From: Candidatus Omnitrophota bacterium
GTDB lineage: Bacteria; Omnitrophota; Gorgyraeia; Zapsychrales; JAKLDJ01
Reading direction: 5' to 3'
Assembly: GCA_022703585.1 (NCBI GenBank)
Contig: JAKLDJ010000003.1
Coordinates: 78,250-142,249, forward strand
Length of the DNA stretch: 64,000 nucleotides
In this document: piece by piece, positions 26,639-36,280 of the stretch
Position numbering within the stretch: the stretch's first letter is position 1
Layout: each line of letters begins with the position of its first letter
Notes under the pieces: generated by a model
Told to the model about the DNA's origin: nothing
Database searches by the model: none
The model's input: the letters and a program-made list of their open reading frames with translations, nothing else
Translations under genes and position numbers: made by a program

Positions 26639-28621
26639 ATGGAAACAAAGATGCTCAAAAATCCGATTGACGAGAAAACTTTTATCGACTACATCCTTTT
26701 GTGGCTTATAGGAGTTTTTTGTTTTCTTTATACTCTTTTAGGGTCAAGATTTGCCGAGATGAACGTGACCTTTTCTTTTCTGGGTTTTCCGATTTTTGTC
26801 GGCGAATTTTTGATGATATTCTGCTTGATCTTGCTATTGATCAAGCATAGAGGCCGTGTATCTTTAACAGAGAAATGGCACTATTTTCTGCTGGGTTATG
26901 CTCTTTGGGTGATCGTGCGAGGGCTATGGGGATATTTAACTTACGGGCCGCTTTCGTTCCGGAATTCCGCGCTCTTTTATTATCCCGTGTTCGCATTTAT
27001 TTGCTTCGATTGTTTCAACCGCACGTTCTTTGGCAGAAAGATAAACGTTCTTATTTTGTTCCTGCTCGGGATTTCCATGCTGTGGAATTTGCTTAATACT
27101 TATTGTCAGTGGGCCTATCTGTGTTTATTTGTTTTAATTTCGTTCCAGTTCAAGAAAAAATGGGTTTTGTACCTATCCTTTGTTTTTGTTATTGCATATC
27201 TTGCGCAGCATAAATTGCTCTTTGAGGGGAGCCGGTCGCATGTCGTCGGAAATATTGCGGCAATTATATTCTTTTCTTATTTCCTGATAAAGAAATTTAC
27301 AAGGTCAAAATGGCAAGGAATCCTCATCGCTGTTTGCATATTTCTTGCCGCTTTATTCGGACTCTTTATCGGGGCTGATAGAAACGCGCTCAAATCCATG
27401 GTGTCCTTCACTGATCTGATCCGAGATTACCAGTATAATGAGGGAGAAATCCGCAGGTTAGGGAAGGGTTTTGTGTTCAAAGATGTTCCGGCAAATCTTT
27501 ATAATCCCGACGATGCCAGCCCGGTGAACGATGTCCTGCCGTTTTTCCGTCAATTCCAAAAGACCCAGTATAATTATTACAGGGAGTTTGTTGCCCTGAA
27601 GATGTCAGAGGCGATTGACCGGTATGCCAAGCAAATAACGACGATCGTCAGCAAGGTTATCAGTGAGCAGGAGTTAACAGGTTCTCCGGAAAAGGTTGCT
27701 GCTATTAAAAAAATCTTTAAGACGATCTTGGAAAGAAGCCAGAGATCTGTCGACATCTACATCCACCGATTATCGGTCCGTGTCGTAGAGATCGGGGAGA
27801 ATGCGGACGGCGCAGTGGTTGATAATAGTATTATTCTCATTGAGGCGAAAACCCTAAGGGAATTTCGAGCCGTACTCGAGCCTCTGGTGAGGGAGTTAAA
27901 TGGTCTGACTTCCGGGGAGTTGCCAGATTTGACGGCATATAATGCTGTGTCGCCGAATCCTTCAGCTTCTAAAACCAAGACGGATGATGATAGCGCTAAT
28001 AAAATAATTAAATATATAGCCAAGGGCGGGGAATTTAAGGGTGACCTGATTGAAAAGGAGATTGGCGCTATCCTGAGCGAGAAAAATGAGATCCCGAAAG
28101 AGCAATTGATCGAGCAGATAAAGAGTAACAACAGCGGCGAGCGTCCGGTGGAGATTGCACGCACCAATATCGTTTTTCGCTTGCTCATATGGAGAGATAT
28201 GTTAGTTGAACTTCTGGAAGAAAAAGCTATTTTTGGGATAAATTTTGGAAAGCCGCAGCGGTCAAGGTCTCTTGAAATTCTTAATTGGTCCCAGTTGGAG
28301 TGGGGCCGGGACGGCTGGATCACGCCTCACAATTCTTTCTTTCATATTATTTACCGAGCGGGAGTTGTCGGGATTGTTATGATCCTGACGATCTTTTGGG
28401 CGGTAGGGCATTTGGCCAGGATTTTTATAAAGAAGAAATCCTGGCAAGGAGGGTTGCTAGTTGCCGTGCTTGTTTATTGGCTGGCGATCGCGAATTTTCT
28501 GGTTTTTCTGGAGCTTCCTTATAACGCTATTCCTTTCTGGTCCTTTTTTGGAGTGGCGTGGGCTTATGCCGAAAGCTTAAAACACGCCAATCAAGAGGTA
28601 AAATATGAAGCTCGCGCGTAA
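26639..28621 (+). CDS. O-antigen ligase/polymerase-family membrane protein (Wzy_C-like) with an unusually large inserted soluble domain
   Basis: About 9 N-terminal TM helices, then a hydrophilic segment of roughly 250 aa, then the TPHNSFFHIIYRAGVVG His-Asn motif characteristic of WaaL/Wzy_C, then 2-3 C-terminal TM helices. I chose the ATG at 26639, preceded by RBS GAGGG. Confidence 0.6.
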   Translation: METKMLKNPIDEKTFIDYILLWLIGVFCFLYTLLGSRFAEMNVTFSFLGFPIFVGEFLMIFCLILLLIKHRGRVSLTEKWHYFLLGYALWVIVRGLWGYLTYGPLSFRNSALFYYPVFAFICFDCFNRTFFGRKINVLILFLLGISMLWNLLNTYCQWAYLCLFVLISFQFKKKWVLYLSFVFVIAYLAQHKLLFEGSRSHVVGNIAAIIFFSYFLIKKFTRSKWQGILIAVCIFLAALFGLFIGADRNALKSMVSFTDLIRDYQYNEGEIRRLGKGFVFKDVPANLYNPDDASPVNDVLPFFRQFQKTQYNYYREFVALKMSEAIDRYAKQITTIVSKVISEQELTGSPEKVAAIKKIFKTILERSQRSVDIYIHRLSVRVVEIGENADGAVVDNSIILIEAKTLREFRAVLEPLVRELNGLTSGELPDLTAYNAVSPNPSASKTKTDDDSANKIIKYIAKGGEFKGDLIEKEIGAILSEKNEIPKEQLIEQIKSNNSGERPVEIARTNIVFRLLIWRDMLVELLEEKAIFGINFGKPQRSRSLEILNWSQLEWGRDGWITPHNSFFHIIYRAGVVGIVMILTIFWAVGHLARIFIKKKSWQGGLLVAVLVYWLAIANFLVFLELPYNAIPFWSFFGVAWAYAESLKHANQEVKYEARA

Positions 28622-29624
28622 AAAGATTTACCTGATTACCGGCGGGGCCGGTTTTATCGGCAGCAACTTTGTTCACTATCTGTATGAGAAAGAAGAAAAT
28701 ATTGAGGTCAGGGTCCTTGATAAATTAACCTATGCGGCCAATCTCCGCAATTTAAAAGAATTCGAATCGCGAAGAGGTTTTGAATTTATTAGAGGGGATA
28801 TTTGCGATGCAAAAGTCGTTAAAAAGGCCATGGCCGGCGCGCAGGTTGTGGTAAATTTTGCCGCCGAGACCGCCGTTGACCGCTCCATTGATGACCCCCA
28901 ATCCTTTTTGAAGACGGATATCTTCGGCGTTTATGTGCTTTTAAACGAGGCGAGAAAAAATAAAAATCTTAAAAAATTTATCCAAATTTCTACAGATGAA
29001 GTTTATGGCCAGATTTTAAAAGGAAGTTTCATGGAAACATCGCCGTTAAATCCCCGGAATCCCTATTCGGCTTCAAAGCTCGGGGGTGACCGTTTAGCCT
29101 ATAGTTTTTTTGCCACCTATCGCCTTCCCGTTACGATTACCCGGGCTTCCAATAACTACGGCCCGTGGGCTTATCTTGAGAAAGTTATCCCGCTTTTTAT
29201 AACCAATCTTATCGATGGCCGAAAGATTCCTGTTTACGGGGAAGGAAAACAAATCAGGGATTGGCTTTATGTGAAGGACCACTGTACGGCTATTTACCTG
29301 TTGACCTGCAAAGGGGCGGACGGCGAGGTTTACAACATCGGAGGCGGACAGGAATGTACGAATATCGCATTAGCCCGTCAGATTATCAAGCTCATGGGCA
29401 AAACGCAAAGAGACATTGAATTTGTTCAGGACCGTCCCGGCCATGATTTTCGTTATAGCTTAGATTGTTCCAAACTTAAAAAACTCGGATGGGAGCCGCA
29501 GTACAATCTTGCCAAGGGGCTTCAGGAGACCGTTGAATGGTATGGGGCGAATGAGAATTGGTGGAGGCCCGTCAAACAAAAAATGGATCAGAAATATTTA
29601 ACCGGTTATTGGGGGAGAAAATAA
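28605..29624 (+). CDS. rfbB: dTDP-glucose 4,6-dehydratase
   Basis: KIYLITGGAGFIGSNF, the catalytic YSASK, and overall RmlB-like length are present. RBS AAGAGG. Confidence 0.9.
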   Translation: MKLARKKIYLITGGAGFIGSNFVHYLYEKEENIEVRVLDKLTYAANLRNLKEFESRRGFEFIRGDICDAKVVKKAMAGAQVVVNFAAETAVDRSIDDPQSFLKTDIFGVYVLLNEARKNKNLKKFIQISTDEVYGQILKGSFMETSPLNPRNPYSASKLGGDRLAYSFFATYRLPVTITRASNNYGPWAYLEKVIPLFITNLIDGRKIPVYGEGKQIRDWLYVKDHCTAIYLLTCKGADGEVYNIGGGQECTNIALARQIIKLMGKTQRDIEFVQDRPGHDFRYSLDCSKLKKLGWEPQYNLAKGLQETVEWYGANENWWRPVKQKMDQKYLTGYWGRK

Positions 29625-30367
29625 TGAAAGGCGTTTTGCTCGCTGGCGGAACGGCAAAAAGACTGAGGCCGCTTACTAACGTCACCAATAAGCATCTTCT
29701 TCCTGTCTACAACAAGCCGATGATTTATTATCCGCTTGAAACTTTAATCAAGGCGGGAATCAAAGATATCCTTATTGTCACTGGTGGCGAGCATATCGAA
29801 GATTTCTTCAGGCTTTTAGGCTCCGGAAACGAATGGGGTGCCCGTTTTAAATATACCATTCAAGAAGGGAGTACTGGTACCGCCGCGGCGTTGTTATTAG
29901 CCGAAGATTTTGTCGGGGATGAGGAGTTTATGGTTGTCCTGGGGGATAACGTTGTCAGTGAGAACGTCGAGAAGTTCGTACGGGAATTTAAGATAAAAAA
30001 GGACGGGTCGAAAGCGAAAATCCTGATTGCCAAAGTCAAAGACCCTCAAAATTACGGCGTCGTCACTTTCCGGGGAAATAAAATAAAAGAGATTATTGAA
30101 AAGCCTAAAAAACCAAAATCATCCTATGTCAATACCGGTTTGTGGATGTTCCTTCCTGAAGTTTTTGATCTTCTTAAAACACTTAAAAAAAGCCCGCGGG
30201 GTGAATACGAGATAACCGATGCCTTGTCTTTTTACGCAAAAAGAGGGCAGCTTTCCTACGCTATTTTGCGCTCCGCATGGACCGATGCCGGTACCTTGGA
30301 ATCTCTTTATCGGGCGACGGTCCTCATGAAGAAGATTGACGACCAACGCAAAAAGAAGGGCAAGTAA
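29624..30367 (+). CDS. glucose-1-phosphate thymidylyltransferase-like sugar nucleotidyltransferase (short form)
   Basis: MKGVLLAGGTAKRLRPLT...KHLLPVYNKPMIYYPLETL matches the RmlA N-terminus, but the protein is about 247 aa with no long C-terminal oligomerisation region. TAATG overlap with rfbB. Confidence 0.75.
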   Translation: MKGVLLAGGTAKRLRPLTNVTNKHLLPVYNKPMIYYPLETLIKAGIKDILIVTGGEHIEDFFRLLGSGNEWGARFKYTIQEGSTGTAAALLLAEDFVGDEEFMVVLGDNVVSENVEKFVREFKIKKDGSKAKILIAKVKDPQNYGVVTFRGNKIKEIIEKPKKPKSSYVNTGLWMFLPEVFDLLKTLKKSPRGEYEITDALSFYAKRGQLSYAILRSAWTDAGTLESLYRATVLMKKIDDQRKKKGK

Positions 30368-30376
30368 ATTTGCCGT

Positions 30377-31249
30377 ATGAATATTCTTGTTACCGGGGCG
30401 AACGGATTTGTGGGCCAAGAGCTTATCCGTATCCTCGCAAAAACGCAACATAGAATATGCGGGCTCGATTTAGAGCCCGGCAAAGCAGTCTTGCCTAAGA
30501 TTTTTGAGAAGTTCTACGTCCAAGACATCACAAAAAAGTTTAACCTTAATCAATCCTTTGATGTTGTTTTTCATTTGGCTGCATGCAATCTGACGCATGT
30601 GGGCAAGGCCGACCGACAGAAATATTACGATGTCAACGCCGAGGGGACAAAAAATCTTATTGAGTCGTCAAAAATAAGAAAATTTGTTTTTTTATCTACA
30701 GCAAAAGTTTATCAATTGCTCCCGGGTGAAATCAACGAGGCGAGTCCGGTTTCGCCGTTAAGCGACTATGAGAAAAGCAAACTCGAGGCGGAAGATGTTT
30801 GCCGTCAATATTTTTCTGACGATGATTTAACGATATTTCGCTCGGTCAATATTGTCGGCGAGCGGCAGGCAGAAAAAGCGGTTATACCGGTGTTTTTTAA
30901 GAATGCGCTGGCGGGTAAACCCCTTGAGATCATCGGTTCGGGCCGGACAAAAGCGCAGCTTCTTTATATCGAAGATTTACTTGATGCCGTTACGCTCATT
31001 TTAAACCGGGAAAAAGGTTGTGGCATTGTCAATCTTGCCGGCGAAGAGAGTATTGAAATTCTAAAGCTTGCTGAAAAGGTCATCGATATTTGCCGGTCGG
31101 CATCCAAAATCATTTGCACGAATACGGATGCTGTTATCTTTCCAGAAATTTCCGCCGAGAAGATAAAAAGAATTTTAGGATGGCAGGCAAAAATTTCTGT
31201 TGATGAAATGCTGAAAAGATATTTTAATTTCTTGCGGAACAATGGATAA
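30377..31249 (+). CDS. NAD-dependent epimerase/dehydratase (SDR) family protein
   Basis: NILVTGANGFVGQEL Rossmann motif and YEKSK catalytic YxxxK are present. Confidence 0.75.
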   Translation: MNILVTGANGFVGQELIRILAKTQHRICGLDLEPGKAVLPKIFEKFYVQDITKKFNLNQSFDVVFHLAACNLTHVGKADRQKYYDVNAEGTKNLIESSKIRKFVFLSTAKVYQLLPGEINEASPVSPLSDYEKSKLEAEDVCRQYFSDDDLTIFRSVNIVGERQAEKAVIPVFFKNALAGKPLEIIGSGRTKAQLLYIEDLLDAVTLILNREKGCGIVNLAGEESIEILKLAEKVIDICRSASKIICTNTDAVIFPEISAEKIKRILGWQAKISVDEMLKRYFNFLRNNG

Positions 31250-32384
31250 AAAAGAAAAAATACTCATTTGCGGGATTCTTCCGCCGCCGTTTTTTGGGCA
31301 CAGCAAGATGTACGAAATGTTGCTGCAGTCGGATTTTGTAAAAGAGTTTGAGACCGTATTTTTAAACATGCGATTTTGGACGTACGGCAAGCATAAAAAA
31401 GTTACGGCCGAAAAATTATTTAAACTAGTTCTTTATTATATCCAATTTGTCATTTTGATTATCGCAAGGCGCCCGCGCTATATTCTTTACAATATTAGTT
31501 TTGACAAGATGCCATTCTTAAAAGATTTCTTATTTTGCGCTACCGGCATTATATTGAGGCGCCGTGTTGTGGTCCATGATTTTGGCCAGTATGTGCGTGA
31601 ATTGCATGATGCCTTACCGCGTTGGCAGCGCGGTATGCTGCGCTGGATGCTGCGCCATGCGGCTGGCAGCATTGTCATGGGCGAGAATGTCCGCCAGGCG
31701 TATAAGGGGCTCATGGATGATACAAAGATCTTTGTCGTTCCCGGCATTACGGAAGATACCCGCGGGTGGGACGTCCAGGCCAATCGGCCGGCAGTTGATT
31801 TGCTAAACGTGCTCTATTTTTCTTATATGAGCCGGAGCAAAGGGATTTTTGTTGCGTTTGACGCGGCGGCACGAATTCTTACTGCCCGCAGGAATGTCGT
31901 TGTAACTTTTGGCGGCCCTATCGAAAGCGATGAGGTTGCTTTTCGGTTGGAAGAATTGCAGAAAAAATATCCCGGCAGGGTGCGTTATTTGGGTTATGTA
32001 GAAGATGTCCGCGAGTGTACTGCAGTTTTCCGCGGCGCGGATGTGTTTATGTTTCCGACTCTAAGGGATGTGTTTGGGTTAGTTCTTTTGCATGCGATGG
32101 CAGAAGGTGTGCCGGCGGTGGCGTCTTTGGAAGGAACAATTCCTGAAGTCGTAGTCGACGGTCAGACTGGTTTTTTGTGCAAAAAGGGGGATGCGCAGGA
32201 TTTTGCGCAAAAGATTCTTTCGCTTCTTTCTGATGATACCTTGCGCGGAAAAATGTCTGTAGCCAGCCGTGCGCGTTTTGAGTCGGTGTATAGTCTGGAT
32301 CAATATGGCAAGCGGATGATTGAGGTGCTTACCCGCTTGTCGGGTTTTGGAAAAGTCTTAAAAGAATCACTCGCGAAAGCCTAG
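31242..32384 (+). CDS. GT4 family (GT-B) glycosyltransferase
   Basis: The C-terminal EGVPAVASLEGTIPEVVVDGQTGFL E-x7-E motif is typical of GT4. Confidence 0.8.
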   Translation: MDKKEKILICGILPPPFFGHSKMYEMLLQSDFVKEFETVFLNMRFWTYGKHKKVTAEKLFKLVLYYIQFVILIIARRPRYILYNISFDKMPFLKDFLFCATGIILRRRVVVHDFGQYVRELHDALPRWQRGMLRWMLRHAAGSIVMGENVRQAYKGLMDDTKIFVVPGITEDTRGWDVQANRPAVDLLNVLYFSYMSRSKGIFVAFDAAARILTARRNVVVTFGGPIESDEVAFRLEELQKKYPGRVRYLGYVEDVRECTAVFRGADVFMFPTLRDVFGLVLLHAMAEGVPAVASLEGTIPEVVVDGQTGFLCKKGDAQDFAQKILSLLSDDTLRGKMSVASRARFESVYSLDQYGKRMIEVLTRLSGFGKVLKESLAKA

Positions 32385-32392
32385 GAATACCT

Positions 32393-33802
32393 ATGATGAT
32401 GAGCAGGCCGCGTTTTTTTAATAATCTTATTATTTATTGCTTCGCTGCTTCTTTTGCCTATTGGGTGTATCTCTTTTTTGCTTCGCATATGGCGATTTCA
32501 TGCGATGCGATAGGCTATGAAAAACTGGGAAGGCTTTTATATCAAGAAGGGTGGGGCGCTTATTTTATTACCGGCCCCAATCGCGAACCCGTTTATCCGT
32601 GGCTGGTTTCGGTGGCGATGCGGATAGCTGACGGGACGGGTATCTCGTACATGTATGTTCAGAAATCTTTTCAAATTCTTATTCTGGCGATTAGCCAATT
32701 CCTGCTGTATCGCTTTCTGGTTTTGCTCAATATCCGTCGAGGAATCATCGTGGGTGCTATTTTATACTTCGGATTCTCTCCGTCTCTTGTTAACGCGGGT
32801 TTTAGTCTTTATTCGGAGATAGCGGCGTATCCGTTTATTTTGGGGATTATCGGCTCAACCTATTTTTTGTGGAAAAGAACACAGGAAAAGAAATTGTGGA
32901 GCGTTTTGGGATGGGCCATTTGTTTGGAATTTTGTTTTATCGGAGGAACTTTTGTCAAAGGTGTTCTGGAGATTGGATTCCCTTTATATTTTCTATTTTT
33001 AATCATTGTATTTATTCGTTGGCGAAAGAAAGAAAGGGCATCCTGGCAATACGCGCTACCGCTTGTTTTAACGGCAGTAATTTTCTATGGAATTTTAGGG
33101 GGATATAAGGGGCTTAATTATCGGCATAATCAATGTTTTACGCTAACCGACCGGGGAGCGTGGGCGCTATACGGCAATACGATTCGCCGGATGGAGCCTT
33201 TAACTTTCAAAAGTTTTCTGTCTAATTTGGCATCGGTTCCCGGAGAAGGGGCCTGCCGGGCATTTTTTTCCGAGGAAGAATGTTATTTCTGGTCTGCCCA
33301 GAAATCCGATGGCATCGGCATGCCGCGCCTTGGCGAACTTGTTGCCCAGGGGATTCCCGTTAACGAAATCAATCATGTTTTAGTCCGGGATTCGGCAAAG
33401 GCGGCTTTAAGAAATCCGTTTCAATATGCATTACTATCGGCCACTGAGGCGGTTAAGATGCTTTTTTGGGAGTCGACGCGGATCGGGTTTGTGGATTACC
33501 CTGCTTGGCTCGAACGTTTATTTACTCTTGGTATTGTTAAAAATGGGATTCGGTTTGTCATTTCAGGATTAACGATTTTAGCCTTTTTTTATCTTTGGGC
33601 GCGCAAAGAAGGCGGGATACTTTTGGCGATCAAGTGGTTTTTAACGATTTATATTATTCTACATTCTTTCTTTTTGATCGTTACCCGGTGGGCCTTACCG
33701 GTTGCGCCGCTCTACATCATTATCATCGCTTATTTTCTTGATCAAATATCCGGAAGGCTTTATGCCGTCAAGGAAAAGGGTGGAAAACAGGAGAATCTTT
33801 GA
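32393..33802 (+). CDS. hypothetical polytopic membrane protein (possible polymerase/GT-C-like)
   Basis: 469 aa with at least 10 hydrophobic helices. No motif I can name. RBS AGGAA. Confidence 0.5.
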   Translation: MMMSRPRFFNNLIIYCFAASFAYWVYLFFASHMAISCDAIGYEKLGRLLYQEGWGAYFITGPNREPVYPWLVSVAMRIADGTGISYMYVQKSFQILILAISQFLLYRFLVLLNIRRGIIVGAILYFGFSPSLVNAGFSLYSEIAAYPFILGIIGSTYFLWKRTQEKKLWSVLGWAICLEFCFIGGTFVKGVLEIGFPLYFLFLIIVFIRWRKKERASWQYALPLVLTAVIFYGILGGYKGLNYRHNQCFTLTDRGAWALYGNTIRRMEPLTFKSFLSNLASVPGEGACRAFFSEEECYFWSAQKSDGIGMPRLGELVAQGIPVNEINHVLVRDSAKAALRNPFQYALLSATEAVKMLFWESTRIGFVDYPAWLERLFTLGIVKNGIRFVISGLTILAFFYLWARKEGGILLAIKWFLTIYIILHSFFLIVTRWALPVAPLYIIIIAYFLDQISGRLYAVKEKGGKQENL

Positions 33803-34866
33803 TTAAGGAAGACAGAAACATAATAATCGATGTCTTAAAAGGCATTGCTATTATTTTAGTCGTTTGCGGCCATGTTATTCAACGCACCATGGTTTTAAAT
33901 GGTGCGGACTTTTTCTTAAATCCTGCCTTTAAAATTATCTACACGTTTCATATGCCGTTATTCTTCTTTCTTAGCGGATATTTGATGGCATGGACGCTGG
34001 GCAGAAGAAGTTTCTTGGATGCGTTCAAATCAAGATGCAAGACCTTGCTTATTCCCTTTGTTGTGTGGGGGATGCTGGGTGTTTTTACAATTTATTTTCT
34101 TAATCTGATCGACGGCAAGAAAGTATCGATCGTTCATCTCCCCCAGGGTCTTTTCAATGATTTATTATTGATTCCTGCGGTATGGTTTTTATTTGCGCTA
34201 TTTATATCGAGCTGTTTGTTGATCTATTCGGTTCGATTGGCGAAACGTCTTGGCGTTGCCGGATTCTTTTTGGTCTATTTTCTTGTTGTTTTGCTTCCGT
34301 TTAATGAATATGGTGCGCTCTATTATATTAAATGGTTCTACTTGTTTTATCTGGCCGGGTATTTTTTTAATAAAAGCCGTTTCACAATAACGAATAAAAT
34401 TACCGGCGCGACTATTTTGGCTGCTTCCCTGATTGCGTTTATCGCGCTTGTGCCGTATTGGAATAAGAATGACTATATCTACATCAACAAAATGGAATTA
34501 ATGTCTTCGGACTACCTTTATGAATTTATGAGAATAGCATACCGGTACGCCCTTGGATTTCTAGGCATCATTATTGTTTCCTATGCGGGAATCTATTTAG
34601 CGAAAACAAAACTACGATTTCCCTTGGCCTATCTCGGTATTTATTCGTTGGATATTTATTTGTTTCAAAGGTATATTGTCGAAGGGTTTTACCCCAGAAT
34701 AGCAAGCAATGCGGGCATTAACTTTGATTTTAATTCTCCGATTTTTCTTTGCGGCTTTGTGCCGTTGGTTGCGATATTCTTTATTGGGGTGTGCCTGTTG
34801 GTTTCAAGGTTACTGATCAGGCGAATCCCGTTATTGGGCAAGCTGCTTTTGGGTAATCGGACCTAA
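33799..34866 (+). CDS. acyltransferase family 3 (OafA/OatA-like membrane O-acyltransferase)
   Basis: N-terminus IIIDVLKGIAIILVVCGHV fits the acyltransferase-3 motif. About 10 TM helices. TTG start with RBS CAGGAGAA. Confidence 0.75.
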   Translation: MIKEDRNIIIDVLKGIAIILVVCGHVIQRTMVLNGADFFLNPAFKIIYTFHMPLFFFLSGYLMAWTLGRRSFLDAFKSRCKTLLIPFVVWGMLGVFTIYFLNLIDGKKVSIVHLPQGLFNDLLLIPAVWFLFALFISSCLLIYSVRLAKRLGVAGFFLVYFLVVLLPFNEYGALYYIKWFYLFYLAGYFFNKSRFTITNKITGATILAASLIAFIALVPYWNKNDYIYINKMELMSSDYLYEFMRIAYRYALGFLGIIIVSYAGIYLAKTKLRFPLAYLGIYSLDIYLFQRYIVEGFYPRIASNAGINFDFNSPIFLCGFVPLVAIFFIGVCLLVSRLLIRRIPLLGKLLLGNRT

Positions 34867-34882
34867 AACAAGGGGAAGAGAA

Positions 34883-36280
34883 ATGTTTGACTGGGAGAAA
34901 CATTATGATGATTTGGCCCCAAAGCGCGATGAATTTCGCCGGCGCTACTGGTATTACTATCATCAGCTGGAGTCATACTACCGTTTCTTTATTCCTGAGG
35001 GAAGAAGAGTCCTTGAGGTGGGTTGTTCAACCGGGGCGCTTTTAAGCGCGCTTAAGCCTTCTTACGGCGTTGGAGTTGATATCAGCGGTGGCTCTATCGA
35101 TATCGCCCGGCGCAATTTTCCCCAAGCTACCTTTCATCATGGCGGCATTGAGACCGTTCCTGATGGCGAGGTTTTTGATTATATTGTTCTTTCCGGGCTT
35201 TTGGGAGAGCTTGATGATGTTCAAAGTTTCTTGTGCAAGCTTCGCAGAGTCTGCACCCGGGACACGCGCATTGTCATTGAATACCACAGCTTGTTTTGGC
35301 AGTATATTCTTAGAACGGCCAAACGGCTTGCATTCAAGAAACCGGAGGGGATGCGAAACTGGCTTACGTATCAGGATATTGAAAACTTTTTGAGGCTTGC
35401 GGGTTTTGAGCCTGTGAAATCAGACCGGCACACTCTTTTGCCTCTATACATTCCTTTGATTAGCACCTTGATCAACCGTTTTATTGCGCGGCTGCCTTTT
35501 ATCAATGCGTTAACCTTTAACCATTTCATTGTTGCCCGTCCGGTTTTTGGCGCTCGTGAGGAGCTCTCGGTTACGATTCTTGTACCCTGCCGAAACGAGA
35601 AAGGCAACATCGAACAAGCGGTTACCCGGACTCCTGTCTTTGGGCAACATCAGGAATTTATCTTTGTTGAGGGCTGGTCCAAGGACGGGACTTATGAGGA
35701 AGTCGAGCGGATTATAAAAGCGTATCCGAAGAAAGATATAAAACTCTATAAGCAGCCCGGCAAGGGTAAGGGGGATGCCGTGCATTTTGGCTTTGAGAAA
35801 GCCGGCGGAGATGTCTTGATGATCTTGGACGCTGACCTTACAGTCTCGCCGGAAGATATGCCAAAATTTTATCAGGCCATTCAACAGGATAAGGGAGAGT
35901 TTATTAACGGCTGTCGCCTTGTGTATCCTATGGAAGACGATGCCATGCGTTTTCTAAATCATGTCGCGAATAAATTCTTTGGGATATTTTTTTCTTGGCT
36001 TTTAGGGCAACGGTATAAAGATACTTTGTGCGGTACGAAAGTGATCCTGCGGAATCATTATCGAGAATTGGTCGCCAACCGTTCTTATTTCGGTGATTTC
36101 GACCCCTTCGGAGATTTTGATCTTATTTTTGGCGCCAACAAGCTCGGCTTAAAAATGCTCGAAGTGCCCATCCGTTATAAGAGCCGTACCTACGGGGAAA
36201 CGCAAATCCAAAGATTCCGTCACGGGTTACTTTTATTGAAGATGTGCGGTTTCGCAATGAGGAAGGTAAAATTCATATGA
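34883..36280 (+). CDS. bifunctional class I SAM methyltransferase / GT2 glycosyltransferase fusion
   Basis: The N-terminal half has motif I VLEVGCSTGAL. The C-terminal half is GT2-like (ILVPCRNEKGNIE...ILDADL) and DPM1-like. Confidence 0.8.
   Translation: MFDWEKHYDDLAPKRDEFRRRYWYYYHQLESYYRFFIPEGRRVLEVGCSTGALLSALKPSYGVGVDISGGSIDIARRNFPQATFHHGGIETVPDGEVFDYIVLSGLLGELDDVQSFLCKLRRVCTRDTRIVIEYHSLFWQYILRTAKRLAFKKPEGMRNWLTYQDIENFLRLAGFEPVKSDRHTLLPLYIPLISTLINRFIARLPFINALTFNHFIVARPVFGAREELSVTILVPCRNEKGNIEQAVTRTPVFGQHQEFIFVEGWSKDGTYEEVERIIKAYPKKDIKLYKQPGKGKGDAVHFGFEKAGGDVLMILDADLTVSPEDMPKFYQAIQQDKGEFINGCRLVYPMEDDAMRFLNHVANKFFGIFFSWLLGQRYKDTLCGTKVILRNHYRELVANRSYFGDFDPFGDFDLIFGANKLGLKMLEVPIRYKSRTYGETQIQRFRHGLLLLKMCGFAMRKVKFI

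Noticed and set aside
27757-28323. 188-aa minus-strand ORF, with other antisense ORFs of 70-140 aa (e.g. 687..1109, 1996..2385, 4115..4501, 35510..35884, 40027..40407, 44644..45048, 50289..50666)
   Set aside because: Each lies entirely inside a longer sense-strand gene with clear family motifs and shows no motifs of its own. Typical antisense-frame artefacts.
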